Origin: Candidatus Adlerbacteria bacterium
GTDB lineage: Bacteria > Patescibacteriota > Minisyncoccia > Phycocordibacterales > SBAW01
Assembly (NCBI GenBank): GCA_028286685.1
Contig: JAQBRA010000006.1
Span: 1,993 to 65,992 of the forward strand
Direction of reading: 5' to 3'
DNA: 64,000 nt
The translations under genes were made by a program, and so were the position numbers. A model generated the notes under the pieces. The model was not told the DNA's origin. It made no database searches and saw only the letters and a list, made by a program, of their open reading frames with translations. Shown in pieces: positions 26,501 to 41,549 of the stretch. Each line of letters starts with the position of its first letter. Position 1 is the stretch's first letter.

Positions 26501-27349
26501 TTCCGGTTTTTCTTCCTCTACCAACCCCAACCTATAGATATCAAAGCTGTTCTCGCCCTCGAACATGTCGGAAGGGTTGGGCAGGTACAGGCGCGGGCGC
26601 GATATTTCCTTGGTGGCGTCATTTATGAGCTTCTTAAACAGGAAGAACTCCTCCCCCACCTCGTCAAAGTTAATGGTGTAGCGGCGCAGCTGCGGCTTGC
26701 CGTCGCGATTGGCGGTCTTCTTGCACTCGATGATGATAAACCTCTCAATAGGCTTACCGTACTTTTCCTTGACCGTGTAGTAGTTAAACAGCGCCTGTAT
26801 CACAAACAAGGTTTTGTTAGCACGAAGCGGACTGAAAGAGTCGACGAACTTATGATCGACAATATCGAGCGACTTGGGGTTGACCCTGGAGCGCACCACG
26901 AGGTCCGATACGGCCTTTATAGGCAGCGCCAGGCCTTTGACGTCTGCCATGGCCTTTACCTCGACCCCTATAACGTCGTGCTTGGGCGGCCGCGCCAGGT
27001 AAAAGCCCACCGCCTGCAGGTATTCGCGCTCCATGCTCTCGCGCTTGGCGCGCATGGCCTTCTTGGTCGTATTTTTGCCGAAGTTAATTTCAAAGTCGGC
27101 GACATTCCGCAGGGACTCAAGCCCCAGCTCGGTCGCCGCCTCTTTTGGAAGCCCGCTGTAGTAGTGCTGCATGGCGGTGTGACATGCGCGACCGACTACA
27201 CCCGAAGGCGAGGACGGCGTGTCATAGATTAGCTCCACATAGCGCTTGTACCACGCTAAGGGGTTGCGCAGGAAGCTCATGAGCGAGGAGTGGCTCCAGT
27301 ACTTAATGGGGAGGTTTTTGCGCTTTCCACTCTTGCGCTTGGCGGCCAT
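26498..27349 (-). CDS. PD-(D/E)XK nuclease (Cas4/RecB-like superfamily, no Fe-S cysteines)
   Basis: N-terminal SHSSLMSFLRNPLAWYKRY (the S-x-S-L...Y motif of the PDDEXK_1 family) and catalytic D...D-x-K and E-C-K motifs (DLVV, IVDHKF, IIECKK). ATG at 27349; the track start is GTG. Confidence 0.6.
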   Translation of the reverse strand: MAAKRKSGKRKNLPIKYWSHSSLMSFLRNPLAWYKRYVELIYDTPSSPSGVVGRACHTAMQHYYSGLPKEAATELGLESLRNVADFEINFGKNTTKKAMRAKRESMEREYLQAVGFYLARPPKHDVIGVEVKAMADVKGLALPIKAVSDLVVRSRVNPKSLDIVDHKFVDSFSPLRANKTLFVIQALFNYYTVKEKYGKPIERFIIIECKKTANRDGKPQLRRYTINFDEVGEEFFLFKKLINDATKEISRPRLYLPNPSDMFEGENSFDIYRLGLVEEEKPE

Positions 27350-27440
27350 ACTCCAGTATACCACTTTGACGTACTACAACATTACGTGCTATAATACACA
27401 TTAGTAAGCACCGCGGCCAGAGCCGCCCAGGGAGGATTAG

Positions 27441-27611
27441 ATGGCGAAAGTAATAGAATTTCTTGTAAAGCACGGACTGGCTCTGGGCGCAGGTCTTGCA
27501 GCCCTAACTATAATAGGACTAGCATTGTCGGGCACATTGAGGATTTCCGCCAAAAAAGCAACGCTCGGCGAGACTCAATCTTGTTGCCAACTTCACCGGA
27601 GTGCCGTATAA
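27441..27611 (+). CDS. micro membrane protein (56 aa)
   Basis: Strong SD GGGAGGA 5 nt before the ATG; sequence MAKVIEFLVKHGLALGAGLAALTIIGLALSGTLRISAKK... has one TM helix. Below the ORF-track size cutoff. Confidence 0.4.
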   Translation: MAKVIEFLVKHGLALGAGLAALTIIGLALSGTLRISAKKATLGETQSCCQLHRSAV

Positions 27612-27632
27612 GAAAAGAAGAAGGAGCAACAG

Positions 27633-27794
27633 ATGAGACTTGCCGAAATCTTTGGCTTGCTATTGCTAGGAATACCTTGTCTTCTGGTTCTAGGCTTTGT
27701 CATAGCGCTACTGAAGCCTTTCTCCAGAAGCAACCTGGAGGGGCGCGTAGACGATTTCTACCCCCGTCCCGACGAGAAACCCCCGCTTTCGTAA
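27633..27794 (+). CDS. micro membrane protein (53 aa)
   Basis: SD AAGGAG 6 nt upstream; sequence MRLAEIFGLLLLGIPCLLVLGFVIALLKPF... has one TM helix. Followed by a terminator. Confidence 0.4.
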   Translation: MRLAEIFGLLLLGIPCLLVLGFVIALLKPFSRSNLEGRVDDFYPRPDEKPPLS

Positions 27795-27824
27795 CACATA
27801 CGATAGCGGGGGTTATTTTTTATT
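27780..27824. terminator. rho-independent terminator
   Basis: cccccgc...gcggggg stem followed by ttattttttatt. Confidence 0.65.
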
Positions 27825-27844
27825 ATCTCCCTTCCCTTGATTTG

Positions 27845-28924
27845 CTATTCGAAGCTCTCCGGATCGACATCTATCCAGTCCATAAGCATCGTGTTGCGAT
27901 CCAACGTACCCACCAGCAGTTCAAGCTTAAAGTTCTCAAGCAGACCGGGCTCATTCTTCTTTACACGAGCCCAGGCTGCACGAGCCATGCTCATGGCCTT
28001 TTGCCGGCTTACTGCCGCATCAACTCCCGGCTTGCGATACGGAGCCGAGGCGATCAAAGTTGCCCCCTTGGCAGCCAGCTCCGGCTCGCGCTTGAGGTTC
28101 TCGTGGACAATATGGGCTGCTACGGAAACTTCATGGAGCCAGTCGACATTGAAGGTTCCAACAATCAGGGCGTGGTTAACGAGGTGCAGCCAATCAAATC
28201 CACGACCGACCGCAATAGTCGACTCGCGATGGTCGAGCTCGACGATAGGCTTATGCTCCTTTTTTACTTTCTCGACATGGGCGCGATTGCCTACCACCAG
28301 CGGCAGCAAGTCCTCGAGCACCACGTCTTTCATGTCGGGAAACATCAAGCGCAGTTCCCGGCGGAAATCTTCCTCGGAGTAGCCGAGATGTTCAGACACG
28401 TCGAGCGTCTTGCCCTCGCCATGAATAACGAGTGCGTCCTCATCGGTCTCAACACCTACGCAGACCGGGTATACATGCGCATGCGCCTTGCCGTATACCT
28501 CTTCGAAATCTCCGCGCAGCAACTTCGTGCATTTGCATGCTCGCTCGGTATCAAAGCCGAAGCCTTTGCAGCCCCGTTCGCGGCTGCCTTTGGAGAAGTG
28601 GTAGGTATTGATGACGATGCCGTTTGCCTCCCCTTCCTTGATCCGGCGGCCTCGCACATGTTCGTAAAAACCGCGCACATGCGGCGCAAAGCCCGGAGAA
28701 CCGATATCAAACACGGCCCCCATGCTCCGGTACGGGGCGAAGACTCCCATAGGGATCCCCGTAATGACCGGCACATTAACGCGGCCGTCCATGCACTTGG
28801 TGATCATGACGTCAGTCTTGTGCTGGCGCTGATAGTCCTCCCGCTTTTGCACCTGGTCCGGACTTAGGAAGTCCTTACTCTGGCGCTTGTTGTGCTCGAT
28901 GAGGAAATTAGTGTTGTCGTTCAT
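27845..28924 (-). CDS. conserved hypothetical protein with Cys/His/Asp motifs (possible metal site)
   Basis: 359 aa from ATG 28924 (MNDNTNFL...). Contains CMDGR (resembling the C-x-D-x-R of beta-carbonic anhydrases), HFSKGSRERGCKGFG and CKCTK. No confident family assignment. Confidence 0.45.
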   Translation of the reverse strand: MNDNTNFLIEHNKRQSKDFLSPDQVQKREDYQRQHKTDVMITKCMDGRVNVPVITGIPMGVFAPYRSMGAVFDIGSPGFAPHVRGFYEHVRGRRIKEGEANGIVINTYHFSKGSRERGCKGFGFDTERACKCTKLLRGDFEEVYGKAHAHVYPVCVGVETDEDALVIHGEGKTLDVSEHLGYSEEDFRRELRLMFPDMKDVVLEDLLPLVVGNRAHVEKVKKEHKPIVELDHRESTIAVGRGFDWLHLVNHALIVGTFNVDWLHEVSVAAHIVHENLKREPELAAKGATLIASAPYRKPGVDAAVSRQKAMSMARAAWARVKKNEPGLLENFKLELLVGTLDRNTMLMDWIDVDPESFE

Positions 28925-29060
28925 GGTTGTTGTCTTTACCGTGTTCGGGTTGCTGGATACGCATCTTGTACAGGCCAAAGGGGATTTTACTGTACAACCC
29001 TACCGGGCGCAATATACGCCGATACCTGTTTCAGGCATCTGCGCAGAAGTCTATAAATAA

Positions 29061-30296
29061 TTAATAGCTGCGGAGTCTCTTCGCTTTCTCGTGTGTGCGG
29101 ATGCGCTCCAGCGCCTTGGCCTCTATCTGGCGGATGCGCTCGCGGGTAACGCCGAACTTCTTCCCCACCTCCTCGAGCGTGTGGTAGATACCGTCCTCGA
29201 GCCCGTGGCGCAGCTTGAGTATCTCGCGCTCCTTCGGCGAAAGCTCGTCGAGGATCTCCTTGAGCTGGTCGCCCAGGATGCGGCGCGACACCTCCTGGTC
29301 CGGCGAGAGGATCTTGTCGTCTTTTATAAAGTCGCCCAGGACCGACTTGCCGTCGTCGTCGCCATCGGAGCCGACCGGAGACTCCAGGGACACGGTGTCC
29401 TGATCGATCTTCTCGATCTGGTAAATCTTCTCGACATCGACGCCCATTTCCAAGGCGATTTCCTCGGCCAGAGGGTCGCGACCCAAGTCCTGGGAGAGGC
29501 GGCGGCTGACCTGCTTGTACTTGGCGATAGTTTCCACCATGTGGACCGGAATGCGGATGGTGCGGGACTGGTCGGCCAGGGCGCGGGTAATAGCCTGGCG
29601 GATCCACCAGGTGGCGTAGGTAGAAAATTTGAAGCCCTTGGTCCAGTCGAACTTGTCGACTGCCTTAAAGAGACCAATGTTGCCTTCCTGGATGAGGTCC
29701 AAGAGGGTGAGGTCCGGCGAGCGGCCCACGTACTTTTTAGCGATAGAGACTACGAGGCGCAGGTTGGCGCGGGCGAGCAGGTTGCGAGCCTCCTCGTCCC
29801 CGTCCATGATGCGCTTAGCCAAGTCGCGCTCGCTCTGCGCGTTTAAGAGCGGGTACTTGCCTATCTCGCGCAGGTACATCTGGATTGAGTCGAAGGAAGA
29901 GTCCGAGCGGCTGTAGCCTTTTTCAAGCGGCTCCTCGGCGATCTCAAGCAGGCCTCCGCCTTCCAAGACGTCGATGCCCGCAGTAGCGAACTTCTCGTAC
30001 ATCTCCTCCAGGAACATCACGTCATCCTCGACGCTCGGGAATGCCTTGAGGATTTCGTCGTAGGTAACGAAGCCGCGCTGGCGGCCGCGCTCCATAAGAC
30101 CCTCGGCTTTCTTGTTCTGCTCCTCGGCCTTCTTGCCGGACTTAGGGGATGCGGCGCTGGCTTTGGGGGCCTTTTTAACAGCCTTTTTCTTGGGCGCGAG
30201 CTTGGCCCGGCGGGTTGCCGCCGCTTTCTTAAACTGCTTAGCCTTGAGCCCCGCCTTTTTGGGAGGGGCTTTCTTCTTAGCTTTTTTCTTAGCCAT
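29061..30296 (-). CDS. rpoD: primary RNA polymerase sigma-70 factor with Lys/Ala/Pro-rich N-terminal tail
   Basis: Region 2 ([14 protein letters not shown]), region 3 and region 4 ([23 protein letters not shown]), preceded by a roughly 65-aa AKP-rich basic segment. Confidence 0.9.
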   Translation of the reverse strand: MAKKKAKKKAPPKKAGLKAKQFKKAAATRRAKLAPKKKAVKKAPKASAASPKSGKKAEEQNKKAEGLMERGRQRGFVTYDEILKAFPSVEDDVMFLEEMYEKFATAGIDVLEGGGLLEIAEEPLEKGYSRSDSSFDSIQMYLREIGKYPLLNAQSERDLAKRIMDGDEEARNLLARANLRLVVSIAKKYVGRSPDLTLLDLIQEGNIGLFKAVDKFDWTKGFKFSTYATWWIRQAITRALADQSRTIRIPVHMVETIAKYKQVSRRLSQDLGRDPLAEEIALEMGVDVEKIYQIEKIDQDTVSLESPVGSDGDDDGKSVLGDFIKDDKILSPDQEVSRRILGDQLKEILDELSPKEREILKLRHGLEDGIYHTLEEVGKKFGVTRERIRQIEAKALERIRTHEKAKRLRSY

Positions 30297-30317
30297 GGTT
30301 ACTTGGAAAGCATTGTA

Positions 30318-31940
30318 TCACGAAAACTTCATTTTGGCACGGCTTATGGTCCGGGCCAGCTGGGCCAACATGTCCTCTGCCACCTTTTCTATAGTGGTAT
30401 CCTCGTGGACCTCCCGGTCGAAATGGTACCGCAGTTCTTCGGCCAGGGGCTCGAGCCGCTGGTACAGCTCCTCCACCTGCGCCTCGCCGAGCAGCGGCAC
30501 GAGCCGGGCCTTGCCGTCGGGAACGCTGAACAGGAGCATGCCCGCTTTCTTCTCCATCGGCGGGAGTTGAGAGAGCGATGACGCCTCCAATTGTGCTGCT
30601 GCGGGATGAAGCTCGGGTGAAGCGGATTCTGCCGGAAGCGCGGGGCGCTTGGCGACCTCGGCGCGCACGGCCGCCTCGGGGACGCCAAGCTTGTTTGCTA
30701 TAAGGCGGATAAAATGCTCGCGCTCGATAGCGCTTGGCACGGCAGCCACCAAGGGCAGCACCTGAGCCTCGATTATCTTTTGGTACGAGCGAGCATCCTT
30801 AGCGCCGGGTCGGAGCGCTTCCATAAAGAACTCGATTGCGGTTTTGGATGTCCGTATCGCCGCCTTGAGGAGTTCCGGATTCTCGCGCGCCATATCGGCC
30901 GGATCCTGTCCCGCGGGGAAAGCGGGCACTTTGACGTCAAAGCCGGCAGCCATGGCCATGAGCGCCGACTTGAGCCCCGAACGGACGCCGGCGGCATCCC
31001 CGTCCAGAGCCAAGATAAGCCGCTTGGAAATGCGCCCCAGAAGCGAGAGATGCTCGGGGGTAAGCGCGGTGCCCGAGAGCGCTACGGCAAACGAGAGGCC
31101 CGACTGGTGCGCCAGCACCAAGTCAAACTGGCCCTCTACCAAAAGGATGCAATCCGCCTTGCGTATCGCCGTGCGAGCCCGGTCGAGCCCGTAGAGTACG
31201 CGCGATTTCTTAAACAGCGCGGTCTCGGGAGAATTGACGTACTTGGCCGGCTCGCGGTCGTCCTTCTGCCCGGGCACCAGCTCGAAGAACCTGCCGGACA
31301 CCGCCATAGGATGCCCGCCCGCATCAAATATCGGGAACATGATGCGCCCGCGAAAGCGATCGAATATCTCGCCCGGCCGCTTGTCGGACTTAACCGCAAA
31401 GCCGGCGTCGACAATATCATCCTGCTTGAGGCCCAAAGACTGCAGGTATTTGGACAGGGACTCCCAGGTGGCCGGCGCGTAGCCCAAGCGCCACTCCTTT
31501 ATAGTTTCTTCTGTGAGCCCGCGGGTTGTAAGGTACTCCCCCACATCGGCACGCTTTGCTAATTCATCCTGAAAAAATTTAGTCGCCGCCTCGCACACCT
31601 CTCGCAGGCGTTCCTCTTTCTCCTTTTCCTCCGGAGCGGCCCCAGCGCGGGCCGAGCGAGGCTGCAAGGTTATGCCGGCTTTTTCAGCCAGCTGCTTAAG
31701 GGCTGTCGGAAAGTCGACGCCGTCTATCTTTTGAAGGAAAGAAAAGACATCCCCCTTTTCCCCGCAGCCAAAGCAGATGTAGGTCCCGCGCTCAGGGGAC
31801 ACCATAAAGGAAGGCGTGCGCTCGTTGTGGAAGGGGCACTTGCCGTTGAAGTTCCTGCCGGCCCTTTTGAGTTGGACATACTGCCCCACCACCTCGGCGA
31901 TGTTGGTGCGGTCCTTTACCTGCTGTACTTCGGAGTCCAT
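30318..31940 (-). CDS. dnaG: DNA primase
   Basis: CHC2 zinc finger (CPFHNERTPSFMVSPERGTYICFGCGEKGD) and TOPRIM (LLVEGQFD...LDGDAAG). Start moved to the internal ATG MDSEVQQVKDR. Lies directly upstream of rpoD on the same strand. Confidence 0.85.
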   Translation of the reverse strand: MDSEVQQVKDRTNIAEVVGQYVQLKRAGRNFNGKCPFHNERTPSFMVSPERGTYICFGCGEKGDVFSFLQKIDGVDFPTALKQLAEKAGITLQPRSARAGAAPEEKEKEERLREVCEAATKFFQDELAKRADVGEYLTTRGLTEETIKEWRLGYAPATWESLSKYLQSLGLKQDDIVDAGFAVKSDKRPGEIFDRFRGRIMFPIFDAGGHPMAVSGRFFELVPGQKDDREPAKYVNSPETALFKKSRVLYGLDRARTAIRKADCILLVEGQFDLVLAHQSGLSFAVALSGTALTPEHLSLLGRISKRLILALDGDAAGVRSGLKSALMAMAAGFDVKVPAFPAGQDPADMARENPELLKAAIRTSKTAIEFFMEALRPGAKDARSYQKIIEAQVLPLVAAVPSAIEREHFIRLIANKLGVPEAAVRAEVAKRPALPAESASPELHPAAAQLEASSLSQLPPMEKKAGMLLFSVPDGKARLVPLLGEAQVEELYQRLEPLAEELRYHFDREVHEDTTIEKVAEDMLAQLARTISRAKMKFS

Positions 31941-32047
31941 ACGTACCCGTATTCTAGCCGTTTTTGGGTATCCGCGCAGGGGTACTTGACAAGTACTGTA
32001 AATAAAAGTATAAAGAAAATGGAACCTGAAACAAACGGAGAGGAATA

Positions 32048-32278
32048 ATGAACCATTGGAAATCCCCCATCCAAGGCATCTTGATCGCAACAGGAGTCAT
32101 TATCATAAATTATTATGACAAAGGACCCGGTGCTTTGGTCGGAGTCGCTATCGCGACCATCGGTGCAGGGTGGGCTCTGTGGGACTTCTCCCGCAGCATG
32201 GACAAAACTCTGTTGGCAACAGAAGACGCGGCCGCTCGCGAGCTCGCGTTGATGCGCCGCGACGGATTTCCTCACTAG
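32048..32278 (+). CDS. small membrane protein (hypothetical)
   Basis: GGAG SD 6 nt before the ATG; 76 aa with two hydrophobic helices. Confidence 0.4.
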   Translation: MNHWKSPIQGILIATGVIIINYYDKGPGALVGVAIATIGAGWALWDFSRSMDKTLLATEDAAARELALMRRDGFPH

Positions 32279-32353
32279 ATCCCAGTACAGAGCACGAACA
32301 AGGGCCCGGATTCAATCGAATCCGGGCCCTTTATTCTTTTTATAATTTTATTG

Positions 32354-39205
<6,852 letters not shown>

Positions 39206-39534
39206 AATGATTTTTTTATGAAGCGGGCTTAATAAAGGGACCAGGACGCTTTATTACTCGGGCACAGGAACGAGATTTTTCTGGTAATGGCCATTCGCAC
39301 AAAAACGCTGCCGTCAACGAAGTTATGCACACAGCCAAAACACGAAAAATCGGGGGCGCATAAATCGCTCCCCTGCTTCTTTTATGAAGCTTTAGGTTAT
39401 TCCTACCACACCTATGTTGTATCGAAACCCCCACTCGATACTCAATCTGGCCGCCCTGGCCGCCCTGTTGGTTTCGCTATCTAGTATAGGCCCTTTTGGG
39501 CATGTGTCAAACTACCCTCTCCACAGGCCTTTTA

Positions 39535-39570
39535 GGGCCAAAATAAAGGCCGCCGGGGGTACCGGCGGCC
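39535..39570 (-). terminator. rho-independent terminator (minus strand) between trmD operon and rpoB-rpoC
   Basis: ggccgccggg-ggtac-ccggcggcc hairpin followed on the minus strand by tttattttgg. Confidence 0.55.
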
Positions 39571-39834
39571 GAAAAATTCACTACACGGAACTGGAATCAA
39601 CGTTGGACGACCCGTTCAGCTTGGCCCTCAGGTGACTGAGGAACGCTTGGCTGGAGAGCTTCGGATCGGGGTTCTTCCCCACATCCTTCGTCCCGATCTT
39701 TTTGACCCAATAGTCGGAACTGACCTGCGACGCCTCGGCAGCCTCGTGATTCTGTCCCATAGGCACCTCTCTGTTTACGCACCCAATGGTACGTGAGAAG
39801 CAATGTAGCACGCCATTAAAATCCTTCAAGCAGC

Positions 39835-40482
39835 TTATGCACCCGGGTTGCTGCGCTTCTTCTCCTTCCATTCGTCTATCTTTGCACGATGACCAGAAAG
39901 TAAAATCTTGGGTACCTTATAGTTCTTTCCCTTAACCTTCAAAATTTCGGGGCGGGTATAAATATCGTGGCTCGCTACCCTGCTCTCTTCCAGGCTTTCA
40001 AACTTTCCAAGCACGCCCGGTATCTGGCGGGCCGTCGCATCAATAATAGCCAGGGCCGGCACCTCGCCGCCGGTCAGGATATACGGGCCGACCGAGACTT
40101 CCTCGGCGCGGAGCGCTTTCATGGCGCGCACGTCTATGCCCTCGTACCGGCCGCAAACAATAATGACGTCCTTGTGCTTAGTGAGTGCCTTAGCATACGC
40201 ATTAGTAAGCGGCTTTCCTGCGGCAGAGGTAACCAAAACCTTCATCTTCTTGGCTTTGCGGATCTTTTCCACCGCCTTAATGACCGGCTCGGCGCGCAGC
40301 ACCATGCCGGGGCCGCCGCCGTAGGGCCGCTCGTCCACTTTGCCCCATTTGTTGCCCGCATGGTCGCGCAGCTGGTAGGCCTTAACCTTAAGCAACTTTT
40401 CCTTCTGTGCGCGGCCCAAAATAGACGCCTGTGCGTAGGCGTCTATCACTTCTGGAAATAATGTAACGACGTGGAAGTTCAA
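39835..40482 (-). CDS. trmD: tRNA (guanine37-N1)-methyltransferase
   Basis: SPOUT knot motifs (DERPYGGGPGMV, LSGHRAKIDEWK). Confidence 0.9.
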   Translation of the reverse strand: MNFHVVTLFPEVIDAYAQASILGRAQKEKLLKVKAYQLRDHAGNKWGKVDERPYGGGPGMVLRAEPVIKAVEKIRKAKKMKVLVTSAAGKPLTNAYAKALTKHKDVIIVCGRYEGIDVRAMKALRAEEVSVGPYILTGGEVPALAIIDATARQIPGVLGKFESLEESRVASHDIYTRPEILKVKGKNYKVPKILLSGHRAKIDEWKEKKRSNPGA

Positions 40483-40483
40483 A

Positions 40484-40858
40484 CTAGAAATTGTCGAGAT
40501 CGCCCATGGCCTCGTCTATCGACTTCATGGCCGGAGTGGCCGGAGCCTCGTGCGAGCCGTCCCAGCCCTGGGCTGCTGTGCCGCCAACGTCCTGGCTGCG
40601 GGTGCCGCCAACCGGCTCGTTGATCTTGAGGTTGACGCGGGCGTTGTGCTTCATGCCGACCACGCGCAAGAGGGTGCGGATAGCCTTGGCGGTGTTGCCG
40701 GAGCGCCCGATAACCTTGCCCATGTCCTCGGCATTAAGATCGAGAGTCAAAAGTACGCCCATCTCGTCGACAACGCGGCTTATCTTTACGTCCTCCGGGT
40801 GCTCAACCAAGCCCTTGATGACAAACTCCAAAAATTCCTGGTCCTTCTCTGTGGCCAT
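40484..40858 (-). CDS. KH-domain RNA-binding protein (YlqC/UPF0109-like)
   Basis: GKVIGRSGNTAKAIRTLL is the KH GxxG loop. Sits between rpsP and trmD, as in many bacteria. Confidence 0.7.
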   Translation of the reverse strand: MATEKDQEFLEFVIKGLVEHPEDVKISRVVDEMGVLLTLDLNAEDMGKVIGRSGNTAKAIRTLLRVVGMKHNARVNLKINEPVGGTRSQDVGGTAAQGWDGSHEAPATPAMKSIDEAMGDLDNF

Positions 40859-41001
40859 ATGCGGGATATTTATTTGTATAATTTTCTAAAAATTATATCG
40901 GCGTCGCTCGCTTAAAATCAAAAGCGGACTTTTGTTCTCTCGCTCGCTGGCCGATAAACCTACGCCTTTAGTGTACCAAACGCTTTGAGAGGCAGCCGGG
41001 C

Positions 41002-41460
41002 TTATGCACTCGCCTCGGATTCTGCTGCAGGAGCCTCATCGGCTGCAACCTCGGCTGCGGGAGCTTCTTCGGCAGGAGTCTCTGCGGCCTTCTCTTCGGT
41101 AGCCTCTTGAGCTACTGCCTCTGCGGCAACTACGGGAGCGGCTGCGGCAGCCTCAGCTACAGGAGCTGCAGGCTCCTCAGGCTTGGCCAACACCTTCTTG
41201 GGAAGGACATTGATCTTCTTGCCCTCGATGATCTTCTTGGTGATAAGCAAATTGTGCACCGTGTCGGAAGGGCGCGCACCCTGGGAGATCCAGTGCTTGA
41301 TGCGGTCGGCCTTAAGGTCGATCGTGTCGACGCGCGGGTCGTAGGAGCCTACCATCTCGAGGTAGTTGCCTGCCTGGACCTTGCGCTTGGAGTCGACAAC
41401 GACCACGCGGAAAGACGCGTCCTTTTTCTTGCCTACACGGGTGAGTCGGATTACTAACAT
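41002..41460 (-). CDS. rpsP: 30S ribosomal protein S16 with Ala/Glu/Pro-rich C-terminal extension
   Basis: MLVIRLTRVGKKKDASFRVVVVDSKRKVQAGNYLEMVGSYDP is a canonical bS16 sequence; about 60 extra low-complexity residues follow. Confidence 0.9.
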   Translation of the reverse strand: MLVIRLTRVGKKKDASFRVVVVDSKRKVQAGNYLEMVGSYDPRVDTIDLKADRIKHWISQGARPSDTVHNLLITKKIIEGKKINVLPKKVLAKPEEPAAPVAEAAAAAPVVAAEAVAQEATEEKAAETPAEEAPAAEVAADEAPAAESEASA

Positions 41461-41549
41461 TGTTTAAAAATGACCGCTCCAGACGGTGTGTAGGTACTTT
41501 AGCAGGCCCCTGGCTTTTGGTCAACAAATACGCTAATATACGGGTATTA

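Noticed and set aside
27581-28867. 428-aa + strand ORF
   Set aside because: Lies antisense within the 359-aa minus-strand gene. Its composition is shadow-like, and its 5' end would run through the terminator and the two micro-ORFs.
39581-39759. Possible 59-aa ORF downstream of trmD
   Set aside because: Low-complexity C-terminus, and it overlaps the predicted terminator region; support is insufficient.
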